From Craspedostauros australis (Eukaryota), in the NCBI GenBank assembly GCA_030167865.1, contig JALAGF010004636.1, positions 1 to 46,778 on the forward strand: a stretch of 46,778 bases of DNA, read 5' to 3'. Below are positions 11,320 to 21,809 of the stretch, one piece after another; position 1 is the stretch's first letter, and each line of letters opens with the position of its first letter. Made by a program: the position numbers and the translations under genes. The notes under the pieces are model-generated. The model was not told the origin of the DNA, ran no database searches, and saw nothing but the letters and a program-made list of their open reading frames with translations.

Positions 11320-13670
11320 ATGTTCATCAAGACCCTCATCTCTGCGGCTCTCGTCGCCATGAGCCACACGGCTCAAGGTAAGTATGGTAGCACGGCACCA
11401 CAAGATTCACGTATGATTGTGCAATTCGACATCATGTTTTGCGGATCGAGGTGCATCCTGAACCATTGATGCCAACTCATGCCAGTGAACACATGAAGCG
11501 GTTTATTTTCTAACCGTCGTTGAAACATCACAACTTGCATGCTCTACCTACCACTATCTCATCTCCTCAACACCCACACATGTTCACACGCAGCCATCCA
11601 GCCAAACGTTGACACCTACTTTCATGAGAAAACCTCTGTCCTCGGACCCGCCATGTGGACCTTCTCCGCCGACGGTGTGAAGGTCCATTCTGCGGATGGA
11701 ACCAAATTGCTCAAGGACCACACCCACTCTGATCTGGCATGCGGTTCCGAACCAAACTGCTTCTGGTTCGATGCCGCCTCCGACGGCCACAAGTACGTAT
11801 GGGCAACTGCCCTGCATGCCGGCAGCCAGATGTCCGTCTTCTCCTTGGACACCGGTGACTTCGTCGGCAACGTCGACACCTGCGGCACCCCGCTCGACGT
11901 GGACTACGTTCCTAATCGTGAGGAAATGTGGGTGCGTTGCGCCGGAGGCGGTGGCGGTGTTGTGGATTCTCACATGGCCGTCGTGTCCACCAACGCCCTG
12001 TCCGCTTCGGCGGAGGAGGTGTTCCTGGGAACAGCACGTGGATACGGACGCTCCACCTTCCACAACAGCCTCGGCAACTTTGGATACGCCACCCACTACA
12101 ACCATAACGTCATCTTCAAGATCGACATGGCCAGCCGCAGGGCCGTTGCCAACTTCACCATGGAGGGAGCCCACGCATCCTATGACATGACCTACTCCGC
12201 TGTCAACAAGCATCTTTTCATCCGTACCCGCGTGTGCTGCTCGTGCCAATTCCCAGGTGCGGATGCCCAAACCTGTGGACGCGGTGGGACCCCAGTCCCA
12301 ACGTTGATTGAGGTCGGACCGTTTGCGTAAGTATTGTCATGTTGCCTTGCGGTTCATCACATCTGGTTCGGAGATATGTATGTCCGTGCGACGATCAGGA
12401 CATGTGCCTTGACCTATCATCAGACACGATCTCTCACGCTTCGCATTGCATCTTCCCCCCTCTCTCTCTCTCTCTCTCTCTCCTTTCTTTTCTATTCTAA
12501 TGCGCATCAACATATAGTGGACAAACTGTGAACGGAACATGTGGCGGCGGTTGCGAGGGTTCCAAGGCGGACGTCATCGGAGTCCTCGAGTTTGACACTG
12601 TTGGAGAAAAGTTCCTTGGAGGCCACCAGATCAAAGAAGGAACCGGATTCGGAGCGACCCCAGAGGCTTCTCCAGATGGCAGTAAGTGTTGACGACGTTT
12701 GCTGTTTCTGCGTCCACATATTCATGTTTGCTTGTCCGTCCCGCTTCGGTTGCTTCCGATTGTTTGGGGATGCCGTCGTGTACCTGCGTGCCTTCGCGTA
12801 AATATGCATGCGCACACACTTCTTTCTGTTGGACGCACTTGGAGTCTCGACTCATCCCGTCTACGATACAAGGAACACAGCAATCATTCCATAACGGCTC
12901 ACACACTCGCTCCCTCCCTCGCTGAAACTGCTTGGCTTCCTCCACACGTTGTATACACAACAGAGCACATCGTCCTGTTTGGAAACGACGGTGCCCAAAA
13001 CCTTCGAGTCCTGCGCGCCGGAGCGAACGGGGTCAAATCGACCGTCGCTTTCGATATCCCTCTCCAATTCGAGAACGTTCCAGCTGGCAGCGAGGCACTA
13101 AGAGACTTTGCTTTTGTCAAATGGAACAACCACGACATCATCGCCCTTTCCACCGGGTACGACAATAACCTCGCCATCATCGATTTGGATGCCACACCGC
13201 CAAAGCTCCACAACCTCAAGCTGTCCGACGCTGCCGAAACTACAGGCGGCCGAAGCGGACGCATGATCGAATGGGCCTACGGTACCAACTACCTCTGGGT
13301 CGATGCTGCCAGCGCCAAGGAGATCTACGTCATCCGCCTCAGCGAGGATGGAGACGTTACAAAGGCCGTGGTCGAGCGCACTATCCCAGAAGTCTCCTCC
13401 AGCCTCATGGTCTACGCCGAGGACTTCGCCGAGCGCAAGCAAGACAGCATGATTAAACAGCTCGTCGAAGCTAACATCGACAGCGGCGACGACGACGATG
13501 ATGCTTCCCCCATCGCCATCGCTGCCCTTGCCATTGGCGTCTTCTCTCTCATCCTTAACTTCATCTTCGTCGGTCATTTCATGAGCAAGAGTCAGCCAGC
13601 AGCAGCCGAAGCAAAGGAGGAAGCCGCAGCAGAAGACAACCGCACCCTCGGAAGCAAGCGCGTGGCCTAA
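11320..13670 (+). CDS. ISIP1: ISIP1-like (iron starvation-induced protein 1) type I membrane protein with predicted beta-propeller ectodomain, 553 aa; exons 11320-11377, 11594-12326, 12518-12681, 12964-13670
   Basis: Signal peptide MFIKTLISAALVAMSHTAQA. Three gtaagt...ag introns restore a single frame. Motifs SDGHKYVWA, DTCGTPLDVDYVPNREEMWVRC, YSAVNKHLFIRTRVCCSC, GVLEFDTV, SPDGKHIVLFG and IEWAYGTNYLWVD, plus a C-terminal TM helix and short tail, match my recollection of diatom ISIP1 in size and architecture. The gene model is more certain than the name. Confidence 0.7.
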
Positions 13671-14005
13671 ACGTTGGCGCGTCCAACACACTCTCGCGAG
13701 CACGGGAAGGACAGATACTTCCAACTTAGGTACATCGTCTTCCCTTGCGATAGACACCAAGCCCACAAACGAGGGAAATCTATGTAAATCTCACACAAAG
13801 AAATAGGAATATCATGTTATACTCAGCAATAGTGTCCCTGCACCTCCGGCCCTTTCCTGTGCTCTCTGCTATAATATTATAGTTTCCAATTCAGTAGTCA
13901 ATTGGACACATGCAAGACCTCATATCGCTTTGCTACTGATGCCGACGCCAGCTTTTGTTGCGCCGAGAGACCACGCAATTCGTTTCCTTCTCCTCGTCCA
14001 TGGTT

Positions 14006-14875
14006 TCATTCTGCCAGCTCCACAGACTTCCCGCTCGCGACGCTCCACTGATGCGTGAGAAAGGACGTATTGACGATACCAGGCGAGCGAGAGTTTCCAA
14101 AACGAAATGAAACGCAAACGACACAGTGGAGGAGAGCAGAGCAGTGGGTCTGTCAGCATCCAAGGTACAATCTTGCAAACCGCGTGCATTTCTGAACTGA
14201 ATAAATCACATTTTGCGCTTTCATACCATGATCATTGAGAGGCATCGTTCTGTTTCTGATCCGTCCGCCTCACCTTTTGCAGCTTCTTCAGCATCAATTC
14301 CTTCGATGTCGTTTCCGATGCCTCCACCAGCACCGTCTTTGTCTTCCAATCCGTCTGAACGTCGCTGACGCCTGCAACCGCGCAGCGTTGTTGTTGTTAT
14401 TGAGGGAGAAATGCCAACGCAGAGATTGTTCCGAAACAAGGTTGAGAGATGCGACGCGCTGATGTGACATGGTGCAACCAATGCAGGTCATGTGTGCGCG
14501 GAGTGGAACAAGTCATGGTGAATTGCGCCCTCCCTCCATCCTCACCGCCAGTAGCACGAGGCATTGACTTTCAATTGTGCAGAGTCCGGCATACCGTACA
14601 TCCTCGTAGAGACTCCAGGACTCTCCTTTGCTCTCTTCTGCTCACCTTCAACTTTGGACAGCACATTCTTGACGGCTCTCTCGCATCCTTCGCTGCAGCA
14701 TGAAATACGGACGAGCAAACAAAGGGGAGCAAGGTTGGGCATGTGAGAATCGCCAGGCCTGTGTCATCGTCACCCGCAGCACTTCATCAACAGCCAATCA
14801 GCGCAGTCCGCTCATCCATCCATCCCATCGACGCACGCACCATGTCATGCCGACATTGAACTTCGTTTGAACCAT
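14006..14875 (-). CDS. ATX1: ATX1/ATOX1-type copper chaperone (HMA domain), 73 aa; exons 14875-14841, 14692-14646, 14371-14274, 14047-14006
   Basis: Spliced translation MVQTKFNVGMTCEGCERAVKNVLSKVEGVSDVQTDWKTKTVLVEASETTSKELMLKKLQKWSVASGKSVELAE*. It has the MxCxxC metal site and C-terminal GK, and all three introns are GT-AG with consistent phases. Confidence 0.93.
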
Positions 14876-16185
14876 GATGCTGTCTCGTTTGTCTCGTGCA
14901 GATATTGGATACGATGGCACTCCTGCGCTTCTTGTTGACGTATTGTGCTGTGTGTGCGATGTGTGATGTGTATTGTGTTTATGAAGTATAGTAGAGAGGA
15001 CGATGGGAAAGAGCAGACGAGAGGGCGGATGTCACAACCAAGAAGGACAAGAGCAGATGGAGGAAGGCAGGAGAACGTGCTTGTGACCGGTGCCCGCGAC
15101 GCTTGGCGTGGCGCTTTTCGCACGACGAAACCATGCGCAAGCGCTTTCGCTAAAAGATCCCTCGGAGTGAAACGGGTCACGAAGGTTCAGTCACGGAAGG
15201 CCCTTTGAAGAGGCGGAGTCCTGTTTTCTCGTGAACGATACTTTGACTCAATCGAACACAATGTCCACTGACATCTATCCACAATATCATGACATTTCTA
15301 TTTGAAATCAAACTGTAACCAGCGACAAATTAACGTCAACGACATGCATCAGACAAACCAGAAGAACATCCGATCCATCCACAAAATAGCGACAGAGCAT
15401 CAACACGGTGCTCAACACGCCCGTGGACAACAAAGCAACAAGGTTTCCAAGAAGAAAAGCACTGTCCTGGACCACCACCAGCAGGCTCCTACCGTGGATC
15501 CAAGCTTCTGCATGTTGCAAGTTAGAGAGCATCCTGCTCAAAGGAAACTTTCATTCCGTTAGCATGTGTCAGAGTACCATGATATTGAGCACTCGAATTG
15601 CGGCGTCAAAACACGGCGTGCACGTCCAGTTCCACTCCGAATTTGCATCAAAGACAGTGCGGGTGATGGAACACGACCCACCCACGAAATGCACACGCCG
15701 TAGTTGTGTTACGCTACAAGTATAGTATTCTATACTATTCTATTATAGAATAGTATATCGTGATCGTGCGAGTAGCTCAACAACATGACAGTCCGACCGG
15801 AAGTACTCCGCAAGTGCACACTCCATGTGCTTCGAGCAACGATGGACGGAGTATCGTCGTCGCCAGTGTCATCACCAGCAATGCTATCGACATCATCGTT
15901 CTCCTCGTCAATGAATGATCGCGGACGACACGATGTTGGTGTTACAAGCTCAACGGCCAATACATGGAGACTCACCTTGAGAATCATCGATCGTGAAAAG
16001 CCAGTCGGCACCTTTCGTGTGATGTACGAGCATCGTGAACATTGACAACAACCCACGCTGTGCCACGCTACCGATGCTGGCACTGCCAAACCAAGGCCAA
16101 CGACCTGCAAAACGAAACAGCGCAAAGCATCATAGCACAACTCCGCTCATCTTCGTTGCAATGCAAGGCGAGATGTGACGAGACG

Positions 16186-16250
16186 AGACGAAACGAAACA
16201 CGGCAGAACACGACGAAAACGAAACGAAACGAAACGAAACGAAACGAAAC
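16186..16250. repeat. (GAAAC)n microsatellite; a shorter copy lies at ~21655-21705
   Basis: gaaacgaaacgaaacgaaac... upstream of both ankyrin genes. Confidence 0.9.
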
Positions 16251-16360
16251 AGGGCAGGACAACACAACACGATGCATGACGCGACGGAACATGAGATCAT
16301 GAGGGAAAGGCGTATTCCGGCAGCTCCATCCAACCATCTCTTCGAAGCCGTGTTCATAAA

Positions 16361-18013
16361 ATGAATGAATCCTCTGCGCAAATCAAACTTCTATCGCATA
16401 CACACTCCATTCCTCTCATATCACATCCGCAACAACGCACATCATCTTGTCACGTCCACACGATGTCTTTCTATTCTTCATGCATCCGCAATGTACTGTC
16501 GCGGATTGCTTCAGCTTTCGGACATCACTCACACAATACCAACACATCACACGTCGCAGCCAACAATCATGACGCCAACATGTCCAACATCACGAAAGAC
16601 AAACTCCTTCGCGCTGCCACGGACGGTAACCTGACGGTGTTAAAGGAGTGGAAGAACAACGACCCAAGAGACGATCACGGTAGCATCAAGGATGACGACG
16701 GCAATACTCTCCTGCATCGAGCATGCATCAAAGGCCATTTGGCTTGTGTGAAGTATCTGTTGCAATCAAGCCAGTCCGATATCAACATCCAATCCAACAA
16801 TGGCAGCACCCCGCTTGTGTTAGCATGCTGGAATGGCCACCTGGATTGCGTGAAGTACCTGGTGGAAGCATGTAACGCTGACATATCCATCCCTGGTCAC
16901 CGTGGCGCAACTGCATTCCAGTGCGCTTTCTACTACGGCCATATGGATTGTGCGAAGTACCTCGTGGACTCATGTGATGCAGACATCGATGTTCGGGACA
17001 CACAAGGCCTCACTCCACTTCAATGGGCATGCTCGCGAGGTCACTTGGACTGCATGAAGTATTTGGTGCAATCGCTCAACGTCGATGTCACTGCCCTGGA
17101 TAGCGCTGGTTGCACGGTGCTGCATTACGCATGTCTAAGTGGCGCTCCAGATGTGATGAAGCGTTTGGCCGAGTTACGCTCCGCTCCCGCCAACTTGCAG
17201 AGGTGGGATCAATATGCTTCATTGGGTGTTGAGTACTCTGGAAGTGACCCTTTGGAGGTTGTGAAGTACTTGATGGACTCATGCAATGCTGATGTCAACG
17301 TCCAAGACGCTCGTGGTGCCACTCCACTTCATCTTGCCTGCGCATTCGGCCATTCGAACGTTGTCAAATATTTGTTGGAATCTTCCAACGCCGATGTCAA
17401 TACACAAAACGGCCAAGGCGGCAGTCCATTACATGGGGCATGCTTTGCTGGCCAATTGGAAGTTGTAAAATCTCTTCTGGAATCTCCCAACCTCAACATC
17501 AACATCCAAGACAGTCACGGCTTGGCCCCACTTCACTATACATGCTCCAACGGCAGGACTGATCTTGTAAAGTCTCTTCTGGAATCTTCCAACGTCGATG
17601 TCAACATCCAAGACAGGGACGGCTTCACCCCACTTCATGGTGCATGTCGCAGTGGTCACTTGAATGCTGTCAAGCACCTACTGGAATCTTCCAACGCTGA
17701 TGTCAACGCACAGACCAGGCACGACGCCACCCCACTTCATGTTGCATGTCGCTTCGGTCACATGAATGTTGTGAAGTATCTTCTGGAATCTACCAACACT
17801 GATGTCAACGCACGAACCGACGCAGGCCTCACCTCACTTCATGCTGCATGTGGCGGCGGTCACTTGAGTGTTGTCAAGTATCTGGTCGAGTCCAGCAATG
17901 CTGACATTAATGTGCTATGCCGCAACCGCACACCTGCTCGTCTTGCTGCAAATCTTGGGCACACAGAGATCGCTGATTTTCTTGCAACTTGGCAGCAGGA
18001 GCATGGGGCGTAG
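16361..18013 (+). CDS. Ankyrin-repeat protein, paralogue A (about 12-13 repeats); true start may be 16463 or 16580
   Basis: Tandem ~34-aa repeats G.TPLH.AC..GH..VVKYL.E...D.N; single uninterrupted ORF. Confidence 0.93.
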   Translation: MNESSAQIKLLSHTHSIPLISHPQQRTSSCHVHTMSFYSSCIRNVLSRIASAFGHHSHNTNTSHVAANNHDANMSNITKDKLLRAATDGNLTVLKEWKNNDPRDDHGSIKDDDGNTLLHRACIKGHLACVKYLLQSSQSDINIQSNNGSTPLVLACWNGHLDCVKYLVEACNADISIPGHRGATAFQCAFYYGHMDCAKYLVDSCDADIDVRDTQGLTPLQWACSRGHLDCMKYLVQSLNVDVTALDSAGCTVLHYACLSGAPDVMKRLAELRSAPANLQRWDQYASLGVEYSGSDPLEVVKYLMDSCNADVNVQDARGATPLHLACAFGHSNVVKYLLESSNADVNTQNGQGGSPLHGACFAGQLEVVKSLLESPNLNINIQDSHGLAPLHYTCSNGRTDLVKSLLESSNVDVNIQDRDGFTPLHGACRSGHLNAVKHLLESSNADVNAQTRHDATPLHVACRFGHMNVVKYLLESTNTDVNARTDAGLTSLHAACGGGHLSVVKYLVESSNADINVLCRNRTPARLAANLGHTEIADFLATWQQEHGA

Positions 18014-18167
18014 GTGCATAACACAGACTCATTGATGATGAATATACCTAATACCAATCAGAAGCACCACAAGTACTCTGTGTTTCACAGTTTAGTCGCA
18101 ACTGTATGTATAATGCCATAGAGATGTCTGCATGGCCATCAACTGACGGTACGGTCAAGTGCCAGTT

Positions 18168-18204
<37 letters not shown>

Positions 18205-18234
18205 CCAACCAATCGATCCAGCTGGCCAATAGAA

Positions 18235-20269
18235 CTATTGCGACTTAAAACACCAACCCTTCATGTGGAAGCGCCACCGCTTCAACGCCAGATACGTCTT
18301 GGACATAGCCTCAATAGATGGGACTTCAATTGCACGCACACATGTTCCCAAATCTCGCGCCACGCCATCGATCGCTGCCAACAGCCCATCGTCTGCTGCG
18401 GCGAACCCCCTCCCCGCATCACGGACCAAGTCGCCATGACTGCTGTCCTCTTGGTAGACGACCGGCAATCCGCACGCCAGCGCCTCCATCACAGCATTCG
18501 AGGCCGGTTCGCCACGTGATGGTGCCAGGTAGAGATCGCCAGTGCGCAGAAAGTCAGCCAGATCTTGCGAGGTCCCTGATTTGAGGAGCTGGATGTTGCG
18601 TGGCTCGAATCCTTTGGCTGGGATGCCACCCATGTACACGAATTCGTAGGTATCGAAATTGAGATTCTGATCCAGCCACAGCATGGTGTCGAATCCTTTG
18701 CGTGGATTGTTCGAATGGGATGATGCGACGATGCGGATGCGTTCGCGTTTGCGTGTGGTGGGATCGTTGTTGCTATTGTGGTAGTTGTTGTTGTTGTCGT
18801 TGCTCTCACTGTGGTTGCCGCTGTTGGATGGAAGATGGTAGGATTGATAGTGTTGGGAGCAACAATTGGATTGCACAGCTTGAGCTGGATGTCCAGATTG
18901 GCATCCATGCTCTATTGCGGCTGGAACACAATTGCGCAAGCGTACTTACGATTGAAGCCCTGAATTCGTCGATCTTCCTTGGGTACTTTTGGATCCTCCA
19001 CACCAAGAGGACGAAAGTAGCGCGCAACGTAGTATGGACCATCGATGCGATGGACCAAGGCCAGATTGGAGCTGTTCAGCTTTCGATCCAGTATCGTCGT
19101 CTTGCCTTTGAATGTGATGGCATTCGCAAGCAAGGTATCTGTTGAGTTGTTGATGAGCGACTTGCCTTGGGGATCGCTCTTTGCGATGACCGTCCGATTC
19201 CAAATGTTCTCCAAACCGTATCGCAGAGCAAGGAGGAACTGATTCCCACCACCCCAAGGAGGTAGGTGGAAGTCATGCCAGATTCCGATCCGTTGCAGTG
19301 ATGGATGCGGACATACTGCGTCCATTTTCCATTTCAGGAATGCCGGCATGTTGTCGGATGCGCCTGTGCCGTGTATCCTTGACGCTATCGCTCTGTAGTC
19401 TTTCTTTTGCATCCGGCAGTCATGGTACTCGTACGTTGGACTTTCTCCGCCAATGCTGTTGCTTTTGTTGTCTGCTGGATTGTGGTTGTCTTGACGATGT
19501 GTGGCGTACATTGATAGCAACGATGCCGCGGATGGCACAGACTGGGTACTCATTCGTTGAACAAACCCGTTCGCGGCTCTTGTTTCCATGACCATCCATC
19601 CATCGTTGCCTTTTGGATGCGATGCCATGAGCTGGATGGGCCGCAGAAAGATGGTGGTGTCCCGCAGCACCAAGTAGCTGTCACTGAGATTTGGAATATC
19701 ATTCGCCAACTGATTTGCATGGAAGGCCGTCCACTCCAGAAGCATGGATGGATCGTCATCGTTGTTGCTCTGCATTCCATGCATGCGTATTTGGATGCAG
19801 GCATGGCGGTGGTCGATGTTGTGGTTCGGCAGGATATCGAAGAATTCATCACAGTGTTCCTGGCCTTGCTTCGGTGTTGTTGCTGTTGTGGTGGTGTGAT
19901 TGATGGCGATGATTGCAGCGTATCCATAGCGATCACGAAGACGACTCGCCGTATTCCGTCCTTCGCGAATTGGAATAAGTTGTGCATGCTGAGTGCAAGT
20001 GGTGCTGTGGCATGACGCGCGCTACTGCGAAGCGTGGGAGTGACGAGGACGACAACATTGAGACCTGCTTGCGTCTCTGATGCCCGTTGCAACGGTGGCT
20101 TCATGCATGTCGTCCCTGTGACATTCATGATGAATGCACTGCACAATGTGTGCGATTGTGGCGGCAATCGATCGAAGACAACATCATGGTGCGATATGGT
20201 GATGGTTGGCAGCGTGTTCAAGGGTGGCTGCGATTGTTGTGGCGGCTGATCCACCTATTGTTAGTCCAT

Positions 20270-20303
<34 letters not shown>

Positions 20304-20584
20304 ATCTGCTCCTGACCCATGCGATGTTGATCGTTCGCTGCGTCGTCTTCCGCAATGCCATTCAAAGCGAGTTGCAAGTTGAAAGAGGCCAGGCCCGGTT
20401 GATGCATCCCCACAGACGCAGCACATGTAATCCCTGCTGCGATCAGCGCAACATTCCTCAGCACACATCTTCGACCTGTTGGTCGGTTCTGTGACGACAT
20501 TGTGGCAGCAGCATTCCCCGTCGATACACCAGAGCCGCGCTCATTGGCAGTCGCCATCGTTGGCTGTTTGCGAGATTGCATCAT
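18235..20584 (-). pseudogene. Disrupted type II membrane glycosyltransferase (GT4 / GT-B fold) gene
   Basis: N-terminal TM anchor (VALIAAGITCAASVGM); PPWGGGNQFLLAL, VHRIDGP, NNPRKGF and the GT4 E-x7-E motif EPASNAVMEALACGLPVVY. In-frame stops at 20270-72, 20261-63, 20255-57 and 18912-14, plus frameshifts near ~19900 and ~18790-18830. Confidence 0.8.
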
Positions 20585-21809
20585 CGTTCCAATCTCGTGT
20601 GGTGCACTGTGGTGTGCGTGTGTGGTATCACATGTATGTTGAGCAGTCTTCGTGCCATGTGCGTCAGCAGTTGCGGCAGAAAGCAGAGCGTTCTGCTGTG
20701 CCCATGGTCATTTGGGAGAGTCCATCATCGCAGGTTGTGGATGGACACAAAGGACGAGGCGTGTTGTGGAGATCCTTCACCTTTCTCACGTTCGCAAGAT
20801 CATGAACAACACACCAAGTTCTCATTTCCATTTTGTCTGTTTGATTTGATTTGATTTGTGATGTTTTCTTTATTCGTACTAGTCGATTTTATCTTTTTGT
20901 CGGTTGATCGGTTTGGTCGACGATTGGTATCTGAGTGTTCGGGTTCCAGACTCGAGCGAGTGAGAGAGGTTGGTTAGATTTCTGTTTCGCATTCGTGTTC
21001 ATCTCTGTGGCACCAAACGCGAAGACTCACCCAGACAGCGACCGCTCGATGATCCAACAAGAAAGCAAAGGAGAGCATTGGTTCTCAGACCATTTGATGG
21101 CCACCGCTTCTCTCTCACCAAAATCCAAAGATCTTGCGTTCTCCGTCTCCTCCATGTGGTGATGTGTTGATGAAACACGACCCCTCCACGAAATGCACAC
21201 GCTACAAGTAAAGTATGGTATGATCGTATGATCGTGCGAGTTGCTCCACAACATGACAGTCCGACCGGAAGTACTCCGCGAGTGCACACTCCATGTGCTT
21301 CGAGCAACGATGGATGGAGTATCATCGTCGTTGGTGTCATCACCAGCAATGCTGTCGCCATCATCGTTCTCCTCGTCAATGAATGATCGCGGACGACACG
21401 ATGTTGGTGTCACAAGCTCAACGGCCAATACGTGGAGACTCACCTTGAGAATCATCGATCGTGAAAAGCCAGTCGGCACCTTTCGTGTGATGTACGAGCA
21501 TCGTGAACATTGACAACAACCCACGCTGTGCCACGCTACCGATGCTGCCATTACCAAACCAAGGCCAACGAGCTGCAAAAACGAAACAGCGCAAAGCATC
21601 ATAGCACATCTCCGCTCATCTTCGTTGCAATGCAAGGCGAGGCGAGATGTGACGAGACGAAACACGGCAGAACACGACGAAAACGAAACGAAACGAAACG
21701 AAACAGGGCAGGACAACACGGTGCATGACGAGACGGAACATGAGATCATGAGGGAAAGGCGTATTCTGGCAGCTCCATCCAACAATCTCTTCGAAGCCGT
21801 GTTCATAAA

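Larger units (their letters stand above)
15664..18373. repeat. Local segmental duplication, copy 1 (direct repeat of ~21168-23607)
   Basis: Near-identical sequence from tgatg.aacacgaccc..ccacgaaatgcacacg to gttcccaaatctcgc...catcgatc, covering the upstream region, the ankyrin CDS, its 3' flank and the 3' tip of the glycosyltransferase. Confidence 0.93.

Noticed and set aside
15730-16140. Minus-strand ORF with an acidic patch, repeated at 21027-21830
   Set aside because: It lies within the recent duplication, so conservation is uninformative. The ends differ between copies, the copy-2 version runs through a microsatellite, and there is no recognisable domain.
17286-17930. 102-nt periodic repeats and the 12-nt repeats at 35565-35990 considered as CRISPR-like arrays
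   Set aside because: Both are in-frame coding repeats (ankyrin, PT stalk) without constant-repeat/unique-spacer structure, and there are no cas genes in this eukaryotic context.
20255-20273. Stop-codon reassignment (TAA/TAG = Gln), or a 19-nt GT..CTAAC..AG micro-intron, to explain the stops beside the poly-Gln tract
   Set aside because: Other genes in the window end normally at TAA or TAG. Removing 19 nt shifts the frame into a TGA within ~12 codons and is far shorter than the other introns here. C-to-T decay is simpler.
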